NCBI GenBank assembly: GCA_900546695.1
Contig: URDX01000009.1
Coordinates: forward strand, 1,271 to 65,270
Direction of reading: 5' to 3'
DNA: 64,000 nucleotides
Source: an uncultured Eubacteriales bacterium
GTDB lineage: Bacteria > Bacillota > Clostridia > Oscillospirales > CAG-272
A program made the translations under genes and the position numbers. Shown one piece after another: positions 1-9,940 of the stretch. Every line of letters begins with the position of its first letter. Positions within the stretch are counted from its first letter, which is position 1. The notes beneath the pieces were generated by a model. The model did no database searches, had not been told where the DNA came from, and worked only from the letters and a program-made list of their open reading frames with translations.

Positions 1-3
1 ATT

Positions 4-524
4 ATGAATAACGAAACCTTGGATATAATCAAAACACGCCGCAGCATACGTTCGTATAAGAGCGATGCCATCCCTGCGAACTGCTTGACGCCGTGCTTGA
101 AGCGGGAAAGTTTGCCCCGTCGGGTATGGGACGGCAGTCACCTGTTCTTATCGCGGTAGAAAGCAGGAAAAACCGTGACAGGATAGCGGAGCTGAATGCT
201 GCGGCACTCGGCACTGACACCGACCCGTATTACGGTGCGCCCGTTGTGATACTTGTGCTCGCGGACGGCGGCATTCGCACGTGCGTTGAGGACGGCAGCT
301 GCGCGCTTGAGAATATGATGCTCGCCGCGCATTCGCTCGGACTCGGTACCGTGTGGGTGCACCGCGAAAAGGAGATTTTCGAGAGCGAGGCGGGGAAGGA
401 GCTGCTCCGCGAATGGGGTCTGCCGCTTACGCTGCGCGGTGTCGGCAGCATTGCGATAGGGTATCCGGCCGACGGACCCTCGGAGCGTCTGCCGCGTAAG
501 GACGGCTATGTCGTCCGTGTCTGA
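4..524 (+). pseudogene. Nitroreductase-family protein interrupted by an apparent 1-nt frameshift
   Basis: The ATG at 4 opens MNNETLDIIKTRRSIRSYKSDAIP, a typical nitroreductase N-terminus, but this frame hits TAG at 157-159. The conserved continuation ELLDAVLEAGKFAPSGMGRQSPVLIAV... runs in the frame of ORF 93..524. The junction is at about 76-77. Confidence 0.55.
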
Positions 525-657
525 GCTTCATTTTTAAATTTAAAGCTGATATCGCATACGTGAGAGCAATAAAATCGTGTGCAGCTATGTTGTTCACTGA
601 GTATTGTCTCTGCAGATGCGAGGTTTGAGGATATGTTTGTAATGCAGGAGGCGTGAC

Positions 658-1668
658 ATGAGCGATAAAGAAGAAAACCGCCCGATACCGCTTGAGCCGT
701 ACTGCCGCTCCTGCATATGGGGCGGAGACCGACTCGCGCGGCTCTACGGCAAGCGGGCGGATATTCCGACGCTCGGGGAGACATGGGAGTGCTCCGCGCA
801 TCCGGCGGGGCAGTCTGTGGCATCGGACGGGGCTTTTGTCGGTCAGCGGCTCGGTGATATTCTGGCTGCGCACCCGTCGATGCTCGGAGTCAGAGCGGAG
901 CTGCCGATACTGATAAAGCTTATCGACGCGCGCGAGGACCTATCCGTCCAGGTGCATCCCGATAATGAATATGCCGTGCTGCATGAGGGACAGAGCGGAA
1001 AGGCCGAGATGTGGTACATACTTGAAGCGCCCGCCGGCGCTCAGCTGACGCTCGGTCTTAACCGCCCCGTGACCCGTGAGCAGCTGCGTGATGCGGCGCT
1101 CAGCGGCGATATTGACGGATATCTGCGGCATGTGTCGGTCAAGCGCGGTGATGCGTTTCTGATAGAGCCGGGGACGGTTCATGCCATCGGAGCGGGCGTG
1201 CTGCTCGCCGAGATACAGCAGAACTCGGATGTTACCTATCGGCTGTGGGATTACGGACGGGTCGATTCAAGCGGACGGAGGCGCGAGCTGCATCTTGATG
1301 CCGCGCTGGATGTCGCCGTGCTTGACGGCAGACCCGTGTCCGCGCTTACACCGACACCGCTCGCCGACGGTCTTTATGAGCTTTGTACTACCCATGCATT
1401 CCGCGTGCTGCGGCTTGACGTGCACGGCTTCCGTGCCCTTCCGACAGAGCACGGTGCGGCTTCTGCGCTGCTTTGCATTGAAGGGGAAGGGCGGCTTGAA
1501 TTCGGTACTGCGACGGATGATACACGCGGTGCTGCATCGGGTGCAGCGGCAGACGATTTGTGTGCATATTCCGTTTCGCTGCGCAGCGGCAGCTGTGTAT
1601 TCCTGCCTGCGGGATGTGAAAGCCCTGCGCTGACAGGGCGGTGCGCATGCTTGCTTGTCAGTTTCTGA
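658..1668 (+). CDS. manA: Mannose-6-phosphate isomerase, class I (cupin type)
   Basis: 336-aa ORF with AGGAGG 7 nt upstream. Motifs: IWGGDRL, WECSAHP, LSVQVHPDNEYA, GKAEMWYILEA, EPGTVHAIG, IQQNSDVTYRLWDYGR. Confidence 0.8.
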   Translation: MSDKEENRPIPLEPYCRSCIWGGDRLARLYGKRADIPTLGETWECSAHPAGQSVASDGAFVGQRLGDILAAHPSMLGVRAELPILIKLIDAREDLSVQVHPDNEYAVLHEGQSGKAEMWYILEAPAGAQLTLGLNRPVTREQLRDAALSGDIDGYLRHVSVKRGDAFLIEPGTVHAIGAGVLLAEIQQNSDVTYRLWDYGRVDSSGRRRELHLDAALDVAVLDGRPVSALTPTPLADGLYELCTTHAFRVLRLDVHGFRALPTEHGAASALLCIEGEGRLEFGTATDDTRGAASGAAADDLCAYSVSLRSGSCVFLPAGCESPALTGRCACLLVSF

Positions 1669-1730
1669 AAAGCATCTCGAAAAGAACGAATTCCCGACCG
1701 AAAAACGTCTTCTGAGAAAATATTTGACTT

Positions 1731-1820
1731 AAAAAACAAAGCGGCTCCGACCGAGCCACTGAGAACAATTACATCACATTATGCGGTGACATGTTCTCGG
1801 CTCAGTCGGAGTCGTTTTAA
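1731..1820. terminator. Bidirectional intrinsic terminator between convergent manA and the dockerin gene
   Basis: Long imperfect hairpin: CTCCGAC (1745-1751) pairs with GTCGGAG (1805-1811) and GAGAACA (1761-1767) with TGTTCTC (1792-1798). An A-run lies upstream and GTTTT downstream. Confidence 0.6.
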
Positions 1821-1940
1821 TTATTGTTTATTTGTTTTAACGAAAGGTCTGAACAGCTTTATTATTACCTATCGCTTATACCGATATGTCGGAACGGTTT
1901 TATATTGTTTATACTGATAATTGCAAATAACGTCAGGCGA

Positions 1941-3209
1941 TCATAGCCCGAATTCGCTCTCGAGCTTGAGCGATTGAACTACCTCATCAACGTAATCCTT
2001 GCCGTAGAGGTCGCAGAGCTCGGCATATCTTGCATCGAATCCGTCGATCTTCTTGCCGCCGTCGAACATAGCGCGTATTGCTTCTGCGATATCGTCGTAA
2101 GCATCGTACTCGATGAACAAATCAAGATTTTCGGGCTCGCCGATGGAGAGCCTTTCACCGACATTATCAAAGGATACGGAGAGATCAAAGACCATGCTTC
2201 TGGGTCTTGTGTTGGAAGGGTCTATTCGCAGTGTTGCATTAAAGTCGAAGCCGATATTGATGTAGGTTAGATAGCCATCCTTGCTGATACCAAGGTTCAG
2301 CCTTATGTTTGAGGGTGCCATTGGACTTTCGATGGTTTTAAGATGTGACAGACCCTCTGTGCGCAGTGCGATAAGGTCAATCGAGCTTCCGCTCAGCATT
2401 TCTGCAGTTGCATTGACGGTGAGAGATACCGAGCCGTCGTTGTTTTTGTATGCGCTGACATTATTGAGAGCCGATGTATCAAGCCCGGTGGGCAGATAGA
2501 GAGCGGCAGCCTGCTCAAGAGTATAGAGTCCGAGTTTTTTGTTCATGTAGCTCGGGTCTTCAAGCAGCGGCAGATATGCCTTGCCTGCACCGTAAAAGAT
2601 GTAATTCTCGGTCGTTTCAGTGCCCACGGATACCGATTCTCTGAGCTTTGCACGCTCGATTTCGCCCTCGGACGTGCGGAGCTTGAGATTGCCTACCCGC
2701 GCATAGTCGCTTGTGCTGTCGGTCGCGTGAAGGGTGCGGTATGCCTTTATATCGAGCTCATCGAGATTTGCGGTCTTTTCGATGGCGCTGTCAAGCAGCT
2801 CCTTCCAGTTTTCTACCGCCTCGGCGCCGTCCTCTTTTTCAACCTTGCCGACAGTCGCATCTATCTCGCCGAGCGGGATTTCTGTCTCATCCTCGTGTGC
2901 GAGCGTTTCCTCGGTTTCTGGCGGATCGGTCTCGTATGCTCCGGGATTCGAGATGCACTTCATGAGACGGATAAGGTCCTTTGTGTCGACCTTTCCGTCG
3001 CCGTTCAGGTCGGCACCGAATGCTTCGATATCCTTTCCGTCAGCCGAAATATAGCGCATAAGACGGATAAGGTCCTTTGTATCGACCTTTCCGTCGCCGT
3101 TAACGTCGCCGTACTTCGACTGCGCGCCGAAGGATATGACGGCAGTCGCCGCTACTGTAGCTGCGCCGACGATTGCTGCGGTAAACAGCAGATTTTTAAT
3201 TGCTTTCAT
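1941..3209 (-). CDS. Secreted protein with an N-terminal type I dockerin and a C-terminal domain of unknown function
   Basis: Signal peptide MKAIKNLLFTAAIVGAATVAATA. It is followed by the duplicated Ca-binding dockerin repeat GDVNGDGKVDTKDLIRLMRYIS ... ADLNGDGKVDTKDLIRLMKCIS. A GGAG RBS is present. Confidence 0.75.
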   Translation of the reverse strand: MKAIKNLLFTAAIVGAATVAATAVISFGAQSKYGDVNGDGKVDTKDLIRLMRYISADGKDIEAFGADLNGDGKVDTKDLIRLMKCISNPGAYETDPPETEETLAHEDETEIPLGEIDATVGKVEKEDGAEAVENWKELLDSAIEKTANLDELDIKAYRTLHATDSTSDYARVGNLKLRTSEGEIERAKLRESVSVGTETTENYIFYGAGKAYLPLLEDPSYMNKKLGLYTLEQAAALYLPTGLDTSALNNVSAYKNNDGSVSLTVNATAEMLSGSSIDLIALRTEGLSHLKTIESPMAPSNIRLNLGISKDGYLTYINIGFDFNATLRIDPSNTRPRSMVFDLSVSFDNVGERLSIGEPENLDLFIEYDAYDDIAEAIRAMFDGGKKIDGFDARYAELCDLYGKDYVDEVVQSLKLESEFGL

Positions 3210-3404
3210 TTTTTTACTCCGTATTTGTAATTGTTATTTGAGTGAATTAAACTAAAGAAACTGTTTGTGTTTGTTTTATGTGCTGCAGGATATAATATAA
3301 TTTTCGGCACTGTGCGAACATTAACCGGAACACGTATGACGACAGTACGGCGCAGGTGCGTAAAAGAAGGAATACACGCTTCGTTAACCGAGTAATGCTC
3401 ACAG

Positions 3405-3443
3405 ATAAAATGTAAGCGGTGCGGGATGAGCCGCACCGCTTAC
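3405..3443 (-). terminator. Intrinsic terminator downstream of the 3482..5044 gene
   Basis: Perfect 13-bp stem, GTAAGCGGTGCGG (3412-3424) with CCGCACCGCTTAC (3431-3443). On the minus strand it is followed by ATTTTAT. Confidence 0.7.
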
Positions 3444-3481
3444 GGTAAACGATGTTATTAAATTATAACTGTTGTCTGAAT

Positions 3482-5044
3482 TCAAACGAGGTCCTTAGCA
3501 ACAAGCTCAACCTCTGCGCCTGCGATCTTCTTCATAAGTCTGATAAGGTCCTTGGTGCTGATCTCATCATCGCCGTTAAGGTCAGCGTTGAAGATAGCAA
3601 TCGACTGACCGGATACGGACTTCATAAGACGGATAAGGTCCTTTGTGTCGATCACGCCGTCGCCGTTAACGTCGCCTGCGGTAAGAGCAGAAGCGAAGTC
3701 AGCCTTAGTAAAGGTAATAGGGAACTGCTGAGCGGGCATAGCAAGCAGATACCAGTTGGTAGCGCTTCCGCCTGCGAATGTCGGTGTGCCGCCTCTGCCT
3801 GCGTCTGCGTTGCAAACGTTAGAGGAGAAGGATACGGACTTGCCGCTCTCGATATAAGCCTTAGCCCCTTCGGTAAGCGGGATCTCCATCTCAACAGCGT
3901 AGCCCTTATCGGTAGCCTTAGCCTTTACGTGCTCAAGGTTTGCTGCGCGACCTGCGTCTCTTGCTGCGAGCTTTTCAGCGTTGAAGATGTGACGCGAGAG
4001 ATAGGTATGGAAGTCTTTGCTGCAGATGTCAAATGCGAGCTCGCACTTATCCTGATACTCAGCGGGAGCCTTAGAGGGATCGTCAACTACATATCTTTTG
4101 CCATCTTCGCCGTAGTAACAGTACCTCTGTTTTCCTGTCTCGGAGTTAACAACGGGTGTCTTATCAGAGTCGTCGCAGTTATGAGAACGGAACTCCTCTG
4201 CACGCTTGTTGGAATCCTCGAAGCAGCAGTATTCCCACCAGTTGATATTATAGTCGCTGAGCGAGGTGAGGGCACCAGTGTTTGTGAAGGCAGCCTTCTC
4301 GGTATCAAAGTACTCCTCGCCGCTGGTCTTTGAATAGTAAATCTTACCGTCAGCAGAAGCGTTTACGCTGAGCTCACTGTAAGCGGTAGACTGATTTGTA
4401 TCCTCAACTACATTGCCTGTAGCGTCGTCTATCTTGTAGTGCTTGTTAGCAAGCTCGTCAAGGTAGAAGGTAGCGCCGACACAATCGGAGAGCCAAGGTC
4501 TGCCCGACCATCCGGAGGAATAATCCTCAAGGAGCTCCTTCTCGGAAAGGGAATAAATTGCGTTGTCGGTAACATCTGCATAGATGTAGATGTTCTCGCC
4601 GTTATAGAGGAAGTAGAACTCAGCCTCCTTGAAGAACGGGCTCTTGATTCCTGCCTTAGTCCAACGGAAGGTGCAGCCTTCGGGAAGCAGCTGGAAATCA
4701 GACTCATACTTGTCATCAAACTCTGCCTTAGTGATCTCCTTCTTATTTGCATCAAAGATCATGATGTAGGGATCATCCTCTGAAGCATCGTAGACGTCAT
4801 AGAACTGCATCTGCTGAAGCTGGAAGGTGTTCATATCGAGCTTTCCGGAGCTTACGAGGTCCGACAGCTTGAAGGAAAACGACTTCTTATATGCGTTGTC
4901 GAGCTCTCCGTCAAGAGTAGGGGTTGCGAAGCGGACGTAGTTTGTGTTCGTTCCTGCCGCAGAAACGCTCATGACAGTGGGCGCAACTGCAGTAGCAGCG
5001 ATAAGTGCTGCGGAAACAAATGTAAGCAGCTTTTTGTTTTTCAT
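3482..5044 (-). CDS. Secreted CBM9/DOMON-like domain protein with a C-terminal dockerin
   Basis: Start moved to the ATG at 5044 (MKNKKLLTFVSAALIAATAVAPTVMSVSA signal peptide) with AGGAGG 8 nt upstream. C-terminus: GDVNGDGVIDTKDLIRLMK...ADLNGDDEISTKDLIRLMKKI. The motif FATPTLDGELDNAYK resembles CBM9-like modules. Confidence 0.75.
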   Translation of the reverse strand: MKNKKLLTFVSAALIAATAVAPTVMSVSAAGTNTNYVRFATPTLDGELDNAYKKSFSFKLSDLVSSGKLDMNTFQLQQMQFYDVYDASEDDPYIMIFDANKKEITKAEFDDKYESDFQLLPEGCTFRWTKAGIKSPFFKEAEFYFLYNGENIYIYADVTDNAIYSLSEKELLEDYSSGWSGRPWLSDCVGATFYLDELANKHYKIDDATGNVVEDTNQSTAYSELSVNASADGKIYYSKTSGEEYFDTEKAAFTNTGALTSLSDYNINWWEYCCFEDSNKRAEEFRSHNCDDSDKTPVVNSETGKQRYCYYGEDGKRYVVDDPSKAPAEYQDKCELAFDICSKDFHTYLSRHIFNAEKLAARDAGRAANLEHVKAKATDKGYAVEMEIPLTEGAKAYIESGKSVSFSSNVCNADAGRGGTPTFAGGSATNWYLLAMPAQQFPITFTKADFASALTAGDVNGDGVIDTKDLIRLMKSVSGQSIAIFNADLNGDDEISTKDLIRLMKKIAGAEVELVAKDLV

Positions 5045-5125
5045 CTGAATAACCTCCTGATGAACAATGGGAATTTGCCGTCTGTTGTATAACATACAAT
5101 ATACTAACGGCCTCATGCAAGTATG

Positions 5126-5154
5126 ATTATATCATCTATTTTTTTATTTGTCAA
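5126..5154 (-). promoter_or_regulatory. Sigma-A type promoter for the 3482..5044 gene
   Basis: Minus strand reads TTGACA (5154-5149), a 17-nt spacer, then TGaTATAAT (extended -10, 5131-5126). Confidence 0.5.
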
Positions 5155-5476
5155 CAGTAATTTCTGCAAATTGCATAAAAGAATTATGTAAAAGTTTATG
5201 TGACGTTATAATTATGGCAATCTATGACGATTTTCTCCGAAAAAATACTATCCGTCGGGTTGGATGTCGCACTCACGCGGCGACAGATATCAGACGGTGC
5301 GGCGCAGCAAAATGTCGAAAAAACGTCGGCACAAACATCGAGGCGATTCGTAGAATAAGCGTTGCGGACGCTGCTGCATGTAAAAGACGGCATATTAGGT
5401 GACTGTGCATTCTGTCTATGACATCAGCTGAGTGAGCGGTATGTAATTATCGTTTTTGTCTCTTTTGTACTGCCGC

Positions 5477-6796
5477 TCATCGGCTTGACGTTTTCTCGGT
5501 TTGTTTGACGGCAGCCGGTTGAGTGCCCGACTGCGCCGATGTCTTTGTCTCCGCTTCCGCAGGATGCTCGCGTGCGACGGCAAGCATGAGCTTTATACGA
5601 TTTTCCTGATTGACGGCGGTTGCGCCGGGGTCGTAGTCGATGGGGACGATGTTTGCGCGCGGGTATTTTTCGCGCAGCTTGCGTATCATTCCCTTACCTA
5701 CGATGTGGTTAGGCAGACATCCGAACGGCTGAACGCAGATTATATTCTTGTATCCGAGCTCGTAAAGCTCCGCCATCTCTGCGGTAAGCAGCCAGCCCTC
5801 GCCCATATCGCAGCCGCGGCTGATTATACCGTCGACAAGCTTTGTCAGCTGTGTAAAGCTTGACGGAGCGGTAAAGCCGTGCGCTGCGACGGCTGAGATT
5901 ATCCTGCTCTTGACACCTTCAAGGTATCTGCGCGCTATACGGCGGACGTACAGCGGCATCTTCTCGCCGCCGTAGAGGTCGTATGCTTCGATGCCTCCCT
6001 GCACGCAGTATAGCATGAAGTCGAGCAGCCCGGGCACCATGACCTCACAATCCTCTGACGCGAGAAAGCGCTCGAGATTGTTGTTTCCGAGTGCGGAGTA
6101 TTTTATGTAGATCTCGCCGACGATGCCGACCTTAACGCGCGGCTTTGTGTCGCGCTCGACAGCCTCGAATTCAGCCGCTATTTTGTCCATCGTCTTAGCT
6201 ATTGCAGAGCCGTGCAGCTGCCGCCCGTGATTGAATTCCCCGCACAGATAATCGGTCCATTTTGAAACGAGCTTATCGCTGTCGCCCTTGTGTATCTCAT
6301 ACGGCGCGGTCTGATTGCGCAGCAGCATGAGCAGGTCGCCGTAAGCGAGCGCGGACATTGCGCGGGGGAGCATGGGCAGGGTTATCTTAAAGCCGCCGCC
6401 CTCGTTCTTCCAGCCGTTGAAGTTGATTGACAGTATCGGAACATAGTCAAATCCCGCGCGGTCGAGCGCCTTACGCATAAGACAGATATAGTTCGATGCG
6501 CGGCAGCCGCCGCCCGTCTGGAAATAGAGCATAGCGACCTTATGCGGGTCGTATTTTCCGCAGCGCAGCGCGTAAAGATACTGACCTATTACGAGCAGGG
6601 CGGGGTAGCATGTATCGTTGTGGACCGAGCGCAGACCCTCGTCTATTATCGCGCGGTCGGTCGAGTCGATGAATTCGACGTTGTATCCGTAGAAAGAGAA
6701 AATCCGTACTAAAAAGTTCCAGTGGATGGGAAGCATATTCGGGATGAGTATCGTATACTCTTTTCTCATTTCGGGTGTAAATGGAACACTTCTCAT
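5477..6796 (-). CDS. 2-hydroxyacyl-CoA dehydratase D-component-like (DUF2229-type) protein
   Basis: 439-aa ORF lying 25 nt downstream of the activase fusion. Cys-containing motifs: HNDTCYPALL, TGGGCRASNYIC, VQPFGCLPNHIVGKG. These match the dehydratase-like partners of BcrAD/BadFG activases. Confidence 0.7.
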   Translation of the reverse strand: MRSVPFTPEMRKEYTILIPNMLPIHWNFLVRIFSFYGYNVEFIDSTDRAIIDEGLRSVHNDTCYPALLVIGQYLYALRCGKYDPHKVAMLYFQTGGGCRASNYICLMRKALDRAGFDYVPILSINFNGWKNEGGGFKITLPMLPRAMSALAYGDLLMLLRNQTAPYEIHKGDSDKLVSKWTDYLCGEFNHGRQLHGSAIAKTMDKIAAEFEAVERDTKPRVKVGIVGEIYIKYSALGNNNLERFLASEDCEVMVPGLLDFMLYCVQGGIEAYDLYGGEKMPLYVRRIARRYLEGVKSRIISAVAAHGFTAPSSFTQLTKLVDGIISRGCDMGEGWLLTAEMAELYELGYKNIICVQPFGCLPNHIVGKGMIRKLREKYPRANIVPIDYDPGATAVNQENRIKLMLAVAREHPAEAETKTSAQSGTQPAAVKQTEKTSSR

Positions 6797-6821
6797 TGAC
6801 GACCTCTTCTTATGTGCAAAG

Positions 6822-9761
6822 TTACATGGTTGCGAACAGACTGCGGAGCCTGATCTTTACCGTTCCGAGATTCGTTATCTCGTCTATTTTTATCTGCGTG
6901 TATATCTTGCCCGAGCTCTCGAGTATCGAACGTATCTCGTCGGTGGTGATGGCGTCAACGCCGCAGCCGAACGACACGAACTGAACGAGATTCAGCTTCG
7001 GATGCTCGCGCGCGTTTTCGGCAACGTATCGCGCGGCGGCGTACATGCGGCTGTGATACGTCCACTGATTGAGAACGTTTACCTCGAATTTCGGTATTTC
7101 ATCGGCGACCGCATCCTCTGTTATGACCGCCGCACCGAGATCGCATATGAGCTTATCAATGCCGTGGCAGACCTCCGGGTCGGCGTGATACGGGCGGGAA
7201 GCGAGCACGATAACAGGCATGTCCGCAGCGTAAGCCTCGCGCAGCATGCGCTTGCCCTCCGTGCGTATGCGCTCCATATGAGCCCGCTGCTCCGCAAACG
7301 CCGCCCTGCATGCCGCCTTTACCTCGGCGAGCGAAATGCCGTCATAGTAGCGGAGCAGTATAGCGTGCAGCTTTTTCGGCAGTTCACGGCGGTGCAGACC
7401 GACATAGTCGTCTATTACAGTCACATCCTCGGGCAGATGCATATTAGCGCGTATGACCTCGGGGTAATATGCGACGACGGGGCAGTTATAGTGGTTGTCG
7501 CTCTTGCCCTCATCTATGTTATAGGTCATGCAGGGGTAGAATATCGTCTTTATCCCGTCGTCGACAAGCTCGCGGATGTGACCGTGTATGAGCTTTGCTG
7601 GGTAGCAGACGGTATCGGAGGGTATCGTCGTCTGCCCGCGCAGATACGTGTCGCGCGTTGAGGGTGCGGACCGTATCACCTCGAAGCCGAGTGAGGTGAA
7701 AAATGTATGCCAGAACGGGTAGAGCTCATACATATTAAGCCCCATCGGTATGCCTATCCTGCCGCGCGTGCCCTGTGTCGGCTTATATGATGCGAGCAGG
7801 GTGCGCTTGTATTCGAGCATGTTCAGATTGCTGCGCTCCTGCTTTCCGCGTATCATCTTTTCGCAGCGGTTGCCGCCGATAAAGCGGCGGGAGGAGCCTT
7901 CCGTGCCGTCGGAAAGGGTGCTCGTAAAGGTGTTTATAGTCAGCGAGCAATGGTTTTCGCAGCCGTTGCAGGCGGTCATTTTAACGTCGTGCTTCAGCCC
8001 CTTCAGTTCGTCGGGCGAAAGGATGGAGCTCTCGCTGAGCCCCTGCTTGTTTGCGCGCTCCTGAGCGTACAGTGCAGCGCCGAATGCGCCCATGAGTCCT
8101 GCTATCGACGGTCGTACGACATCTCTGCCGACCTCGCGCTCAAAGGCACGGAGCACCGCGTCGTTGAGGAAGGTGCCGCCCTGAACGACGATGCTGCTGC
8201 CGAATTCCTCGGGCGATGCGACGCGGATGACCTTGTAAAGCGCGTTCTTGACGACAGAGATGGAGAGGCCCGCAGAGATGTTACCGACGCTTGCGCCGTC
8301 CTTCTGCGCCTGCTTTACGGACGAATTCATGAACACCGTACATCTCGAGCCGAGGTCTACGGGCGCGGGTGCGAGCAGACCGAGCGCGGAAAAGTCCTCG
8401 ATGGAATAGCCGAGCGCGCTCGCAAAAGCCTGCAGGAACGAGCCGCAGCCCGACGAGCATGCCTCGTTCAGGAATATATTGTCGATAGCGCCCGCATGTA
8501 TCTTGAAGCATTTAATGTCCTGACCGCCGATGTCGATTATAAAGGAAACGTCGGGGCGGAAGCGGTGCGCGGCGGTGAAGTGCGCGACCGTTTCGACTAT
8601 GCCGTAGTCAAGTCTGAACGCGCTGCGTATCATGTCCTCACCGTAGCCCGTGACAGCGGAAGCGCGGATAGAGGCGTGCGGGAAGCGCTCGCGGAAGCTC
8701 GTTATAAACTCGCGCACGAACGGTATCGGGTCGCCGCCGTTCGGCTGATATCTGCTCGTAAGGATGTTGCCGTCCTCATCGGTCGCGACAGCCTTGACGG
8801 TGGTAGAGCCCGCGTCGATGCCTATGTATGCAGCGCCGCTGTAGGACGTATCCTCGGTTACGGGAACGTTCGCACGTGCGTGACGCTCGCGGAACTCGCG
8901 GTAATCCTCCTCGCTCTTAAACAGCGGGGGGCAGGAGAGATAGCCGCCGGTCGGGACAAAGTTTTCGAGCATCTGCGCGGTATCCTCGAGCGAGAGCTCG
9001 GTATGTGCGAGCATCGCAGCGCCTATAGCGACGTAGTAGAGCGAGTGCTCGGGGAGAGTACCGTGCAGACCGAGTGTACGGTCAAACGCCGCGCGCAGCT
9101 CGGAAAAGAAGGTCAGCGGTCCGCCGAGATAGACTATGTTGCCCTCGATGGGTCTGCCCTGAGCGAGACCCGAAACGGTCTGATTGACCACCGCGCCGAG
9201 AATGCTGGCGCATATATCGGGCTTGAGCGCACCCTGATTTATCAGCGGCTGTATATCGCTCTTTGCAAAAACGCCGCAGCGCGATGCGATGGTATACAGC
9301 TTTTTGTGCTCGGTAGCAAGGGTATTCAGCTCGGTTGCGGTTATGCCGAGCAGGGTAGCCATCTGGTCGATGAATGCGCCCGTTCCGCCCGCGCACGAGC
9401 CGTTCATGCGTACCTCGAGCGAGCCGCCCGAGAGGAAGAGTATCTTCGCATCCTCTCCGCCGAGCTCTATGACTACGTCGGTGCCGGGGATGAGCCTGTC
9501 TACCGAGACTTTTGTCGCGTAGACCTCCTGAACGAAGTCGAGCGAGCATTTCTCGGAAAAGCCCATTGCCGCCGAGCCTGTGATGGAAAGGCATGCGCGC
9601 GCCTCTCCGGTCTTCTCGGCGATGCTGCGCAGCATCGCTGCGGACATCTCGGTGATTTTGGACATATGTCGGCGATAATCCTCGAATACTACATTGCCTT
9701 TTTCGTCGAGTGCGACCGCCTTTACGGTGGTCGAGCCGATGTCTAGTCCGATTTTTATCAT
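6822..9761 (-). CDS. Double BcrA/BcrD/BadF/BadG-type ATPase (CoA-substrate-specific enzyme activase) fused to a dehydratase-like domain
   Basis: Start set at the ATG at 9761 (MIKIGLDIGSTTVKAV), with a GGAGA RBS. A second ATPase repeat begins AYIGIDAGSTTVKAVATDEDG. The C-terminal half shows CNGCENHC and TVCYPAKLIHGH, matching the DUF2229/HgdB-like fold. Confidence 0.8.
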   Translation of the reverse strand: MIKIGLDIGSTTVKAVALDEKGNVVFEDYRRHMSKITEMSAAMLRSIAEKTGEARACLSITGSAAMGFSEKCSLDFVQEVYATKVSVDRLIPGTDVVIELGGEDAKILFLSGGSLEVRMNGSCAGGTGAFIDQMATLLGITATELNTLATEHKKLYTIASRCGVFAKSDIQPLINQGALKPDICASILGAVVNQTVSGLAQGRPIEGNIVYLGGPLTFFSELRAAFDRTLGLHGTLPEHSLYYVAIGAAMLAHTELSLEDTAQMLENFVPTGGYLSCPPLFKSEEDYREFRERHARANVPVTEDTSYSGAAYIGIDAGSTTVKAVATDEDGNILTSRYQPNGGDPIPFVREFITSFRERFPHASIRASAVTGYGEDMIRSAFRLDYGIVETVAHFTAAHRFRPDVSFIIDIGGQDIKCFKIHAGAIDNIFLNEACSSGCGSFLQAFASALGYSIEDFSALGLLAPAPVDLGSRCTVFMNSSVKQAQKDGASVGNISAGLSISVVKNALYKVIRVASPEEFGSSIVVQGGTFLNDAVLRAFEREVGRDVVRPSIAGLMGAFGAALYAQERANKQGLSESSILSPDELKGLKHDVKMTACNGCENHCSLTINTFTSTLSDGTEGSSRRFIGGNRCEKMIRGKQERSNLNMLEYKRTLLASYKPTQGTRGRIGIPMGLNMYELYPFWHTFFTSLGFEVIRSAPSTRDTYLRGQTTIPSDTVCYPAKLIHGHIRELVDDGIKTIFYPCMTYNIDEGKSDNHYNCPVVAYYPEVIRANMHLPEDVTVIDDYVGLHRRELPKKLHAILLRYYDGISLAEVKAACRAAFAEQRAHMERIRTEGKRMLREAYAADMPVIVLASRPYHADPEVCHGIDKLICDLGAAVITEDAVADEIPKFEVNVLNQWTYHSRMYAAARYVAENAREHPKLNLVQFVSFGCGVDAITTDEIRSILESSGKIYTQIKIDEITNLGTVKIRLRSLFATM

Positions 9762-9940
9762 AGGATGGGTCTCCTTCTGTTTGCTGATGAGCGGCGATTC
9801 GCCGCAGCTGCACTGCATGCAGTGATGTTGAAGCAGCCGATGCTGCTGCTGAAAATATTCAGCAGATGTCGACGCTGCTGATGTTAAAACTAAAACTGTT
9901 TATGCCAACGTTAACGCTGCTTATGTATATGGTACGGGGC

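Noticed and set aside
5148-5402. 84-aa ORF in the 430-nt intergenic region upstream of the dockerin gene.
   Set aside because: It has a TTG start overlapping the -35 of the opposite-strand promoter, no RBS, a Cys/Arg-rich improbable composition and no family motif.
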